A DNA stretch of 64,000 bases from Octopus sinensis (Eukaryota), in the NCBI RefSeq assembly GCF_006345805.1, contig NC_042997.1:128092001-128156000 (forward strand), written 5' to 3'. Positions 1 through 12,375 of the stretch are shown here, in pieces. The notes under the pieces are model-generated. The model did no database searches. It had not been told where the DNA came from and worked only from the letters and a program-made list of their open reading frames with translations. The number at the start of each line of letters is the position of its first letter. Position 1 is the first letter of the stretch. The position numbers and the translations under genes were made by a program.

Positions 1-54
<54 letters not shown>

Positions 55-210
55 TATATATATATATATATACCTTCACACAAGTCTATAAATATATGCA
101 TGGAGCATGTTTTGCAAAATAGATTATGTGTGTGTATGTGTGTGTGTGTGTGCGCGCGCGTGTGTAAGTGTGTGTGTGTATGGGTGTGTTTGGTGTATGT
201 TGTGTGTGTT
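1..210. repeat. Compound (CA)n/(TA)n/(GT)n microsatellites
   Basis: Directly visible dinucleotide runs. Confidence 0.95.
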
Positions 211-639
211 GCTTCAAGAATCGAAAATACAAAGGATGGGTACGGCGAAAGAGGATGGAAAAGTATGAACGGAACTTGGAGAGATAAAATGTGACATTAA
301 CAAGTCATCATACTCTTATAAAAGAGAAACCGAAAGACAGGTAGAGAGAGATGAAGAAAAGCTAGAGAAGAATAAGAGAGAGAGAGAGAAAGACTGAGCA
401 GACGACATAGTTTATTGTGTGACCAACAGACAAAATAACACAATGTTATAGTGTTAGACTGTTATTGATGTTTTTATCGATAGTTTTATAATTCTATTTT
501 AATGTCATCAATAAATTTAAGAATCTGTTGGGAATATAATGTTCGGTGACCGCATAATGAACCCATAAACCTAGTGCTTATGTATGTATGTGTGTCAAAA
601 TATCGAGCTTACAATGCATAACAATATTGTGTCACTTGT

Positions 640-830
640 TTTTACCTCAACTGGGCCTGCCATATTCAACATTATTCCGTCAGAAATCAAAGAAGAAATA
701 ATCCAGTAATATTCAAACATTATTTTAGACAAATTCCTCCAAGAAATATCAAACAAACCACCGGATAAATTTCGCTAAACAACCGAAACCTGGATATATT
801 TCAAAATACAAATTTCTACTCGAATATGCT
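640..830 (+). mobile_element. Decayed 3' end of a CR1/L2-group LINE ORF
   Basis: Frameshifted translation GPAIFNIIPSEIKEE...LDKFLQEISNKPP...PGYISK resembles CR1-group C-termini and parallels the copy at 2770-3360. Confidence 0.45.
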
Positions 831-1169
831 ATGGTTTCCTAAAATAATGATCGTTACAGGCAGTGCTATTAAATCAGACATAGTCTGGACCAATAATGGC
901 CAAAACATATCTAAGTAATCGATTACACACGCGCGCATGATCATACGCATGTGTTGTTACCAAAAGTAATGCACAAGTTGGCATAACTTTTTAGTTGACT
1001 GATACAGATTGTTCGAGTTGCATATATTGGTAGAGTTGGAGTTGCTCTTCCTCTATATCTAGATACAACTACTTAACATTGACTCTATCAGAAGTTAGGC
1101 ATTTGTGTCTTCATTGAACTCAACTCTCAAATCCTATTTAAAGATATTTAGGCATGTGCTGCTATAATT

Positions 1170-1800
1170 TCTTCTTCACAGCCACTTACACTTTGAATAA
1201 GTCATAAAATCGTTGTCCCCGAAAATTGTTGCCCTGAACATGTAGAAGTCGATGGGTACCAGATTTGGGCTATGCAGTGGATGGGCAAATTCCATATTGA
1301 CCAGCCCAGATTACCTATTGGCTGATCTGTTGCCAAAGACGTGTGCGGTCAGGCAAAGTTATGATAAATGTAGATAGTTTTCAAATTATTTTTCTGTCTC
1401 TTCCTCCTAATGGCTTGTTTCAGACCTTGATGAATACATGTGACGCTATTCCATGGATTGAACTTTCGTTTCCGGATCATAAAATTATGCTCGCGTTTTT
1501 ATCTCCTGTCTTCATTGGCTTCAAACGTTTCCAGCAGACTCCTCACGTTCTCTCCTTCGAATCGGGTGCCAATTCGAGGTACTTGCTTTGCACACACTTT
1601 TGTCTGCTCAAAGTCTTCTACCATCTTTTCTGATGGATTATGACCACATTCCAATTCTGCCACCTGCTCACAGATCGTGATTCGTCTGTCTATGCGAATC
1701 AAATCGGTCACTCCTTGGCGATTTGTATCAGTGATCGCAGTTGATGGTTTCCCAAACTTTTTCATCCACTTGTGCACACTGCACAATTAATAAAGAGGTT
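1170..1800 (-). mobile_element. Mariner transposase remnant
   Basis: Minus-strand DLIRIDRRIT...KVCAKQVPR (WVPR-like motif) followed by HPLHSPNLVPIDFYMF (YSPDL-like motif); stops and frameshifts. Confidence 0.8.
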
Positions 1801-2769
1801 ATGTCCACAAACAGTAAAAAAAAATTAATTCCAACGAAATTGAATCGCCTACAGTCAAAAATATTGATTTGATGTTGCGATAAAATGATCGCCATCAAAA
1901 ATGAGTATTCTAAAGATATACACTATATAAATGTAGCACGATGCTATGCACCAGGCTTCTTTAGGATAAAATGACTGTAATTTAACTCAAATATTAGAGA
2001 CCAAGTCGAACAAACTTGAAAGAAAAAATATTTAAGGTATAAATTAAACTTAATTTTAGGCTATAAACCGGTGTAAGATGAAAAAAAACATTATTTAAAG
2101 TAAACACGGCAGAAACGAACAAGTGACAAGCTTCTACGTAAATGAAAGTCGAAAATATGTAAAATTATATAACAGAATATAATTATAGGCAGCAATATTC
2201 ATATCGTTGAGAAGACTAGTAATAACGATGAAATTACATAGAAAATATACAAATACAAATAAAGCGAAAATCATATACACTCCTACCTACAAGCATTTAT
2301 AACTAATAGAGCTTGACTCGTTAATAAGCATTGGTATGAATTGTTTACAACTGAGAAATATAAAACCAGGGTAATAAATAAATATATAAATAAAGAAATG
2401 CATTTAAAAAATCCGGATGCATATAAATATGATAATAATAAACAAATCCGAAACATACAAATATGATACTAAATATTTAGTAGAGGTCCGGGTACAAAAA
2501 TGTAAACAATTTGTTAGTTATTCTGTCCATAACTAGATCGTAGGGCGAGGGTAGGAAATTCACTCAATACTGCAACAGAGTGACTGCAGCCATCTTTCTC
2601 ACGAGATTTCATGCGGAGAAAATAAACAGAATGACGAATATATATTTTAAAGGGCTTCTAATAAAAAAGAAATAGGCCATATATATTTTTTTTTTCTCTC
2701 TAGTTTCAGCTCAGAGCTGCGGCCATGCTGATGCACCGCCGTTTTGCTACACTGTTATTACTGAGAGCC

Positions 2770-3360
2770 TCCTCTAATATGTGGCACTTGGTGAAGAATG
2801 GAGTTTGATATAGCTACCTTCATTTGTACCTCTTGCCGTGAAGTAGGTTAATCTGGGACTCTCGACAGGAAGAGGTCCAGCTTTGATTTAAAAACCCCTA
2901 CATCTACTTTGTGCAAGTTCCTCAGACTCTTTGGGGGGATATTAAAAAGCTGTTGGCCCTTGAAACCCAGGCTGTTGCAGTAACTGGTTCTGTAGCGTGA
3001 TGGCGTTGCTTGGATCTTTGGCACTATGCAGTGTCGTCCCGTTCTGGCATTGGTGTAGCTTTCAATGCCAAAATTTGGCACAATTCCTTCCAGGATCTTT
3101 CAGATATATATTACTGCATACCTCTCCCGTCTTCTCTCCAGGGAGTAGAGTCTTAGCAGTTTCAGCCTTTCCCAGCAGCTGAGCTGTTGCAAAGAGACGA
3201 TCTTCTTTGTGAATCTTCTCTGGATTGCTTCAAGGTCCGCTTTTAATTTCACACTGGTGGGTGACCATAGCTGTGAGCAGTAATCCAGGTGGCTGAGGAC
3301 GAATGTCCGCCAGAGGACCATCATGGTTTCCTTATCTCTGGTTCTGAATGTTCTTAGGAT
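2770..3360 (-). mobile_element. CR1/L2-group LINE, RT C-terminal fragment (5'-truncated, decayed)
   Basis: ORFs 3100-3324 (SHLDYCSQLWSP...LEAIQRRFTKKI...LYSLERRRERY) and 2848-3081 (FKSKLDLFLSRVPD) are typical CR1-group C-terminal motifs. Confidence 0.85.
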
Positions 3361-3503
3361 CTAGGTGTCAGGTAATGCTGAGTAAGTGCTATGGACAGAC
3401 TACAGTTAAGCTCCAGGTTCGGTGATTATGTGAATGAGGTGTCCAACGTAGAAAAAGTTAACAGAATGAGATAAAAATCCAAGGCTGTGAAAGATTTCAG
3501 ATA

Positions 3504-3586
3504 ATTTATAAAGAGAAGGTCTTACAGCTGTTTCCAGGATCTTTTATATATCCCGGAAACAGCTGTAAGACCTTCTCTTTATAAAT
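3504..3586. repeat. Perfect 32-bp inverted repeat with 19-nt spacer; probable fold-back of a PLE pLTR piece
   Basis: atttataaagagaaggtcttacagctgtttcc (3504-3535) is the exact reverse complement of 3555-3586. The pLTR origin is inference. Confidence 0.9.
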
Positions 3587-3939
3587 GTTCTGAAAAAAGT
3601 GAACAAAACTGAAACAACGAAGAAAGTACCGTCATGAGTTCTGAAGACAGAAAAAGAAAGCTGATTTACAGAAGACCATCAGCCATGTGATGATGCTTAT
3701 TGTGTGCAAACAAGTAGATCACTATACATTCAGATAGCCAAAGGAGAACACTCACTTGCAAATTGCTGACTGTAATCCAGAATCTTCAAGATGAAAAACT
3801 ACTTGGAAGAGACTTGATTGTTTGATACTGATACAAGAAGCTAACCTTCTACCGACCATATCTCGTCAACCTGTATTAGCAAGCTCTCAATGGGAATAGT
3901 AGCATACCAGATTGGTTGGCCCTGACAGGGGCAAAACTG

Positions 3940-4940
3940 ATCCCCAAACGCAGAACCACCCACATGGCAATTGCATGCCAGAACTTAACGTATAAAATAT
4001 ATACCACATGTTTAAACCTCTCCCTCCAAGACCATTGTGAAGGTAATAGCATCATCATAGCAAAACAAGCAGCTGGGAAGAAGGGAGTCTGGGGAGGTGC
4101 CGAGCAACTAACCCTTAATAAACAAACCTGTAAGGTCAGAGGTGCGAAAGCATAGGAGTAACCTCAATTCAATGTGACTGGACTACGAGAAAGCCTTTGA
4201 CTCTGTCCCCCACTTATAGATACTAGAAGTCCTTGGACTTGCTAAAATTTCTGTGAGCTAAGTCACAGCCATAGCTGACCTGACTTCATCGTGGGCCACC
4301 ATCTTGAAATTAAATACAAGGAGTGATTGTATTATCACTGATAGAATACAGTATCGCAGAGGCATATTCCAGTGGGACAGCTCTATGATGTTGTTTATAC
4401 TTTTTGTAAACCCCTTGTCTGAAGGATATCTCACTGGTTCACAAGGAAACTGAAATACCAGAATAACACTTTGTTTCTTTGTGGATGACTTGAAACTATA
4501 TGCAATGAATATGCAAGAGATAAAACAGAGGCATGACTTGGTTACAACATTCTCAAAGGATATAGGGCTAGAGTTTGGTCAGGATAAACGTTGCTATATG
4601 GTTGTGAAAAGAGGGAAAACTTTAAAACAGACTAATAATATCTCCATCAGTAACTTAACTGTTTCCCCTTGTATCTGACAAGGAATGTTACAGGTACATT
4701 GGGAGTGAATGAAAACATATCTTATGATGGCAACTGTAACAAGACGCGTGTCACTAAAGAATATTACAGCTGAATAGAGAAAATATGAACCTCGGAACTC
4801 TCTTCATTTGATAAAACACTGGTCCACAATGTATTTCCGGTGCCAGTACTCAACCCAACGTTTGTGCTATTTGATTGGACGCTTGATGAGATACGAGCCA
4901 TCGATGTGAAAACCTAAAAGATACTACTAACCAGCACGCA
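3940..4940 (+). mobile_element. R4/Dong-like (RLE-clade) non-LTR retrotransposon RT pseudogene fragment
   Basis: Motifs IACQNLTYKIY, QAAGKKGVWG..EQL, LDYEKAFDSVPH, GIFQ.DS, FVDDLKLY, DWTLDEIRAIDVKT in order, with frameshifts. Confidence 0.8.
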
Positions 4941-5850
4941 TAATTTCCACGTCAACTAGTTTTTCTTAAAACTTCCATATATTTTCTTGGTTCACTATAA
5001 ATATCTATTTGTTTATCTTGTTATCTATCTGTTTCTACGTGTGTGTGCAAGTAGATTGTTACGGCTGGAGTAAGAGATACAACGGAAGAAGTGCTCTGAA
5101 CCTGGCAAAAAGTCAATTAACTGTACTTCATCCTACCTCACTCCCTCATCGTTTCATTTTTTTCCTTTCCATTCTTGATTCAATAGGAATAAGTCAACAA
5201 GTTTCTTTCTCTCACAAAACATTTCTTTTCTGGTGATATATATAGTCACAATGAGGATATTTAAACCTCTTACAGGGATGTTTTTTTATCCAAAATACAC
5301 TGGTTTGATATATTTTGAAGAGATATTTCTTCAATGAATATATTATATAAAATATCTTAAAATATCAAGAATTATTATCAAGTAAGAAAACAGAGAGATC
5401 TAATGGGTACAAATTAATTTAATTAATTAACACATTCATCTACAATTCTTTCATTTGACAAACAAAATTAAAATTACGAAACATATAAATCTATAATTTT
5501 GCATTCATTTTAAATGACTTGTATGGAAACTCATCAGGGTATAAATAAACATGACTATATATTCTGAATATTCCAAACGGATTATAATGTAATCTTTGTA
5601 TTGTCATTTGTACACCCGAATGATTTTCCATACAAGTTATTTGAAATGCAAAATCATATATTTATATGTTTTGTAGTTTCAATTTTGTTTGTGAAATGAA
5701 AGAATTGTAGGTGAATATGTTAATTAATTAATAAATTAATTTGTATCCATTAGATCTCTCTGTTTTCTAACTCGATAATAATATTATATATATATATGTG
5801 TGTGTGTATGTGTGTGTGTGTGTGTGGTGTGTGTGTGTGTGTGTGTGTGT

Positions 5851-6004
5851 ATCGAAATTGCAAAGATAGTCTGGAACTCGACTGAGGAAAGAAAACTCCG
5901 AATGACCCGTCCTTGTTTTCTTTGTATCGTCTATCTGGATGTTTTGTTGTCCCTTTCTTGTATCATCTAACTGTCAGGATGTTTTGCGTTCTTGTCCCAT
6001 TTCG

Positions 6005-6005
<1 letters not shown>
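5851..6005 (+). mobile_element. Solo PLE pLTR-like fragment, family D
   Basis: Homologous to 45760-45925 (+) and 45192-45350 (-); flanked by (TG)n and (TA)n. Confidence 0.6.
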
Positions 6006-6057
<52 letters not shown>

Positions 6058-6134
6058 ACATATATACATATATGCTATACATAAATACACGCGCATACAC
6101 GTACAAACATACATACATGCACTCACACACACGA

Positions 6135-7140
6135 AAATGAGTGGTGAAACTACCAGTGCTGATACAATGGCACTACTACTAATTGTTCTGAGCAGCAGGG
6201 TAAAAATCGGTTACTGAAGAGGCCACATACCAGAGTAAGTATACAAAATGGATGAAACTGTACAATTCTAGAAGCTCAGGACTGCTAGAACTATTTCTCT
6301 AGACTAAAAATCAACATCAGGATTTAAAGCATCCAAAAATCGTCTGGTGCTTCTGGAAGGAAATGACGCTGCTGCATTGAAATTAAAGCCCCCTACATGT
6401 GTATCACTCCAAAAATACAAAAGCTTTCCAAGGTAGCGCAATATTTAATTTTCCTCTGATTTGCTATTCAAATAAGAAGGCAGGAGTGACTAAAAAGACT
6501 ATTTTGAAAAGTGGTTTACAAACATTTTTTTGTTCAGATATTCCACCAAGCCACCGTGAAAACTTAATGAACTTTCTGATAATGTGAGAGTAGAATATAT
6601 TCCAAACAGCACAACCAGTGGATCAAGGCGTGATTGCTAATTACTGGGAAGAAATTTCAAACAACTTATGAAAGCAATTGACAAAGAGGATAAATTTACA
6701 GTTAGAGTCTTTTGAAAGATGTCATGAGATGAAGAGAAACCCTCAACTTTGAATGGTGCTTGGAAAATATATGGCCAGACTATATCCGTAACTTTTCAAG
6801 ATTTTGTACAATCGGAAGGTCTACATCAAATTTGGAAAGACATTGTGTCACTTGCAAATCGAATAGGGTTTCAAGTTGATGATGTAGCTGAGTTGCGAGT
6901 GTCTCATACAGAATGTACAGCAAGTACATCTAACGAGGAGCTGATGTTGTTAGAAGAGCAAGCTGAGAATATAGATGAAATCATGGAAATTAACCAGCGC
7001 CACTTAATTTGACTGCAAAGACTACTACTGAAGGATTTTATTTATAAGAAAGGTCTGCAAGTTTTTGCCGCTAACAACCCTAATCAGGAATGTAACCTGA
7101 AAATTAGAAGAGGGGGTTAAATAAACTCAGTTCGTACACA
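6135..7140 (+). mobile_element. Tigger/pogo transposase remnant
   Basis: KMSGETTSAD, YKMDET, GFKASKNRL, LKPLHVYHSKN.KAF, SNKKAGVT, QPVDQGVIA, DIVSLANRIGFQVDDVAEL match the pogo DDE domain layout; disrupted. Confidence 0.8.
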
Positions 7141-7873
7141 AAGCAGTACAAAGAGTTGGCTTTGTCTTTCAAGTAGATGCTGATGATGATGCATGTCACT
7201 CATCCTCCTGGTAACTCTGATTCTATCGCCATCAACCTTCATTCGGTAGTAAACATCTTTTGTGGTAATAATGTACCCTACTACAATGTTACGATTTTTA
7301 TTTATTTCTTAACGTATTTCTCTTCAAATATTTTATATGCATATACATATTATATTGCGTATGTTTAGAAATTGTTATATAAAAATGGTCATGTAGCTTG
7401 TATTTAGTTCTTGTGCTTTTCAAGAAGAAAATCTGTCAGAATACATTTTTACTTTGGAACATAAAAATCAATAGGAAAATTAATTTTATGTTACAGCATT
7501 TCATATTACAGTTTTCGAGGAACTTACTACACCCGCAACATGACGATTCCGGTTTTTGTCTTAAGAATATAGAAAGGGTTGAGAATATCAAGCATGCCAA
7601 GGGAAGTAAACAATGCTATTCTTGAAGTAAGCAGGAAATTAATTGTTGCAAAACAACATAGACTGCCAAAGAAGTCGAAAGAGAAATTCAAGCAATTAAT
7701 AAAACACAGCCAATATACCTATATAGATCTCCTCACAAATATCACATGAGAGTATCAACAACAGATAATTAATGAAAATACATAAAAAAAGATTATAGAA
7801 GCAGTAAATATTTGATATGAAAATGAAAAATTTAAAATAAAAAATAATTTATAATTGAATAATTCAGAGAAAA

Positions 7874-9304
7874 TTAGGCATACAAGAAATGAATATGAAA
7901 TAAAGCAGACAAGCTGCAGACATAAATAAGATAATATCAAAATACAATACAAAGCGTAATAGTAGATAATACAACACATACTCAATAGTCAATAGTCAGG
8001 CAGAGTAGTACAGAAGAAATATTGATTGTGAGCAGAAAAATAGATCACTGTATATATATATAAAGTGATATATAAAGAATACAGAGATATACAATATATT
8101 CACTCTATTAATAAATAATGCCACAAGAGAGTGTTTAAAGTCAATAGTAATGCCTGATCTGAAAAGATCCAAAGAATAAAAAATAAATACAGAAACTAAT
8201 AATGATAGAGGAGAAAACATGGATCTAACCATAAAGAGGAAAGTGGCAGATTGTCAGTCAGGATAGTCAAATGGTTGGTAATGCAAAAAATTATTTCTAA
8301 GATTCTTGTGATTGCATAAAATGATTCTTGCAGATTTGTTTAGTAAAGGAAACTTGAATATAATTTCAAATACTCCGGTTGTATCCAGTTTTCTATTTCC
8401 AGCATATTTCCGGACAAGGAAATTGTATTCATTCTTTCAGGTTACTGAAAAGTGTATGTATAGAAATAAGAACGGGTTTTAAATTGTTGACAGTTAGTCC
8501 GGTATGAGCCTTTTTTTTTAATGCAAGGCGTTTTGACTGCGCTTATATATTCTAAAAAGACATTCACTAGAATTAGCACAATAGCAATTTGTAATATTAT
8601 TATTATTATTTAGGTTTAATTTAGCCGTGTTAGAAGAAGATATATTTTGGGCTAGATTAAGTTTGGTAGGATAAGAGAGTTTCACAATATTTTTGTTAAA
8701 ACACGGTAGTATCTATATCTGAGGTACAAGTTTTCCTGACAATTCAGAATCAACTTCAAAATTTTACGAAGGATTATACGAACAAATATATTTTTTTCCC
8801 TGTTTCCGTTGTTTCTGATAATATCTTGTCAGTATACCTACATCTAGTTACGATCGCATTATAATACATATAATACAGAGAATGTTCATAAAGATTTGTT
8901 CATGAACAGAAATATTAGATAACTTAAGTGAAATACGTTTTTTTATACGCTAGGTTTGAAGGAAGGAGTAGTATCCATGGTCTTTACAGGTCCTCCAAGA
9001 CTGAGGTTAATGCAATCAGTGTTCCTCTTCAACTGAAAACGAGCATCTACGGGTAAAGAAATGCTCGGGGAGGAAATTCCAGAAAAACAAAACATTTGCA
9101 GAAGGACTGGGCATAGTGGTTAGTGCAAGCCCTGGGGTTAGACTAAACAAGGATCATAAGAATTATCAGTCAGTCATTCTTTTCTGGATGGTGTCTTGGC
9201 TATATTTTCGGAGTGATGCACATGTATGGGGCTGCTTTAATTAGGTATATAAGAAATGAATATGAAATAAAGCACACAAGCTGCAGACATAAATAAGATA
9301 ATAT
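7874..9304 (+). repeat. 64-bp dispersed direct repeat (7874-7937 and 9241-9304)
   Basis: ttaggcatacaagaaatgaatatgaaataaagcagacaagctgcagacataaataagataatat recurs with 3 substitutions. Confidence 0.9.
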
Positions 9305-9314
9305 TAAAATGTGT

Positions 9315-9480
9315 TCAGCAACAGCAACGCCTCAGATGTCGGAGCAATACTCCACTGACAGCTCCATTTGAGCTTTGTAGAATGTCAATAATTGTTTGAG
9401 GACGAAATAGTCCTTGTAGGTTGGAAGCAACTGGAGGCATTTTAACATTTCGTGTATGTGTATTCAAGATGGTGGACCGA
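9315..9480 (-). mobile_element. Short CR1/Jockey-group LINE fragment
   Basis: Minus strand reads about YKAQM...VEYCSDIWGVA, like the LYKAQVRP.MEYCSHIW motif. Confidence 0.45.
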
Positions 9481-10352
9481 GAAGGAAGGAAGTGGTTGAT
9501 TACACGCTAAGTACTTAATTATACTTTGAGAAATGCTGAATTAAGAATATCATTAGAGTTATTATAAGGTTAGTCATGGCCATTCGAGAGCTTGAGAATA
9601 GGAGATAATTTAAACCCCTTAAAAAACGAACAGAGATTTTGTGGGTTTTTTATAATTTTATCAGTCGATTGTAAGGTATAATTTGTAAAGGTTAAAAACC
9701 ATTATCTTTGTACAAGCCCCCTTCAACAAGAAATTACGCAGGGGCATTATTGTATGCTTTCGTTTTTGTAAGTATGGATATGGAAGGGTTATTAGAATGT
9801 TTTAAGTTGTATGTAAACATTTAATGATTTCAATGTTTGTGAATTTTTTACCATATTTGTGTGTTTCTGGATTTGCTAATGATTATGACTAAAATTTTAT
9901 GTATATAACATTTATAGAATTCTTACCTGGTTTTATTGGGACATCCGGCTATACTCGTTTTACATGTTTCCACTAGGGATCAAGCACTTCTTATTTATAT
10001 ATACAGAATTCTTCGCAGTTTTCTAATTATTCGTGTGTGTGTGTGTATGTGTGCGTGTGTTGGTGCCTGTGTCTGTATGTGTCTGTATGTGAGTGTGTGT
10101 GTGGTTACGCGCGTGTGTGCTTGTGTGGATGATTGTGTTAATGAATATATGTAAGGATGAAAAGCAACCATCGCAGTACAAACTGCCTTCAAGAAGTAGC
10201 CAGATCATTGACGATTTCGCATTTTGATGCATAACGCATCTTCATGCTCATCGGCGGATCTCACAGTACCTAGGGTTATACTCAGCTCACCTTCTCAGCT
10301 TATAAGATTTCCGATGAAATCATACGCTGATTTCATATATATGAAACCAGCA

Positions 10353-10428
<76 letters not shown>

Positions 10429-10439
10429 TGAGAGAGAGA

Positions 10440-10575
10440 GAGAGTCGCCATGATAGATCGCTAGTTCGTTAGCCACTACAACATTTTTTTTTCTCTCCTT
10501 GTTTTTTTCTGTGTCCCTTTCTGTAAAAGAGCGTAGGCTAGAAACGTAAAAGACTTTTTCTATTCCTGAGCGATC
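10440..10575 (+). mobile_element. Solo Neptune-type pLTR fragment, family B, with decayed hammerhead-like motif at 10517-10552
   Basis: Homologous to the reverse complements of 35250-35450 and of the 3' end of the Neptune element (52290-52460). Confidence 0.65.
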
Positions 10576-10850
10576 TTTCAGGATAATAATGCGCCAATTC
10601 ACATAGCTAAAGTTGTTACTGAATAGCACGAGGAACATTCTAGTGAAGTTGAACATTTTATCTGGCCACCACAGTCCCCAAATCTCAATATTATTGAACA
10701 ATAATGTTACATTTTAGAAAAACAAGTAAGGAGCTGATATCCTCCACCATCATCACTACAAGAACTGGAGATTGTTTTAGCTGAAGACTGGACAAAATGT
10801 ATTTTGGAAACAATTCAAACTTTGTACGAGTCCATACCTTGATCCTTTCG
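10570..10850 (+). mobile_element. Tc1-family transposase C-terminal fragment
   Basis: IFQDNNAPIH...WPPQSPNLNIIE...LEKQVRS.YPPPSSLQELE...YESIP, the Tc1 DDE C-terminal motifs. Confidence 0.85.
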
Positions 10851-11347
10851 AAGACGCAAACCTGGATACGATTTTGTTTTGAAAACCATTAGTTTTCTGC
10901 GCATGCATATCTCCTTTCTCCTTGCCACCGATGTTGTCCAAGGGTTAAGGTAAAGCCAGTCAATTTCGCTCTAGTAACATCACAGGCGTTGCCATCACAA
11001 CACAATGAACCGGAAGACAAACACTGTAAGGAATGCCGCCAACTCTCCAATGTCCTGAACGGGTATTTTATATCATCGACCCCGCAAGGATGACGGAAAA
11101 GGTTAACCTCAGTGGAATTCGAATTCACAGTGTGCAGAGAGTTAAAACAAATATTTACAGCAGAGTCTTCTCTCCGGCTATCTCAGAGCTCTGCTAATTT
11201 GACATCTTGATCTATTTGTCACACCTTCTTCATGTGCGTTTCACAGCAACATCTGGATATTCAATATATAATGTGATGACTGTAAGACATTTTTATTATG
11301 TTTATTTATTCATTATATATATGTAGATAGGTACATAAACATACGGA

Positions 11348-11385
<38 letters not shown>

Positions 11386-12143
11386 TATGAAATGCATGTT
11401 GTGTGTGTGTGTGTGCGTTTATCTCGGAAGAGATATAGATAAACATCGTGTAAAATTTCTTCAGTCTTCCCATCAGATGTATAGAAAAATAAGAGATGTA
11501 GAAGTTTTGAATGTGTGACATGAAAAAAAAATGTGACAGATGTGAGTGACAGATGTAGAGAATGAGAGGAAGTGAGAAGCAAACAGATAGGGCTAAGCAG
11601 AGGGGCAGAGAGAGTGACTAAAGTGTATTATTAGTTCACCAACTCTGGTTAGAGTTAGCCCAAAGTCAGCTATTGTCATGCAGACATATGAACAAAAAGA
11701 CGTTCTTGCTGTTGTCATCCTGTAAGTTTGATACATATGTGAATGGTTAAATATGTCCTTTTGCTCCTAGTTTGGCTGATATTTCTAGCATGTCCATCGA
11801 CCATGAAGATGTTCTCTCGCTGTCTCATCAACTCTGTTTTTGTCAAGTCAGATACTAAGAAATTGTCTAGATGTATTCTGGCCTATCTGGAACATGTTTG
11901 GGTTGGGTATGTTTGTGTGAGTGCTAGTGTATCTATGCATGTTGAAGTGTGTCCATGCATGTTCCTGTATATTTCTGCGGGTCTGTTAAACTGTTTTTGT
12001 ATATATCTGCTTGAGTGTATTCTTGTCTATGTATGCGTCGACCAGTGAATATGTATCCGCCATTGCGTGTCTAAGTCTCTATGTGAGACCCCCGTCAATA
12101 CGTCACAGGGTATGTATCTGTTTGACTGATTGTATATATATCT

Positions 12144-12375
12144 ATTTCTTTACTACCCACAAGGGGCTAAACATAGAGGGGACAAACAAGGACAGACAAA
12201 CGAATTAAGTCGATTACATCGACCCCAGTGTGTAACTGGTACTTAATTTATCGACCCCGAAAGGATGAACGGCAAAGTCGACCTCGGTGGAATTTGAACT
12301 CAGAACGTAACGGCAGACGAAATACGACTACCTATTTCGCCCGGCGTGCTAACGTTTCTGCCAGCTCACCGCCTT
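12144..12375 (-). mobile_element. tRNA-headed SINE family B, full length, 16-bp TSD
   Basis: Multi-copy in window; A/B-box-like head; TSD gattgtatatatatct at 12128-12143 and 12386-12401. Confidence 0.9.

Noticed and set aside
5875-5915. CTGAGGA...GAA...GTC string in family D pLTRs (also 45295-45330 and 45790-45820) as a hammerhead
   Set aside because: No stem II closure, only GAA, and no stem I complement in any of the three copies.
7550-8900. A-rich stretch suggestive of a decayed LINE ORF
   Set aside because: No diagnostic motif could be read; left unassigned.
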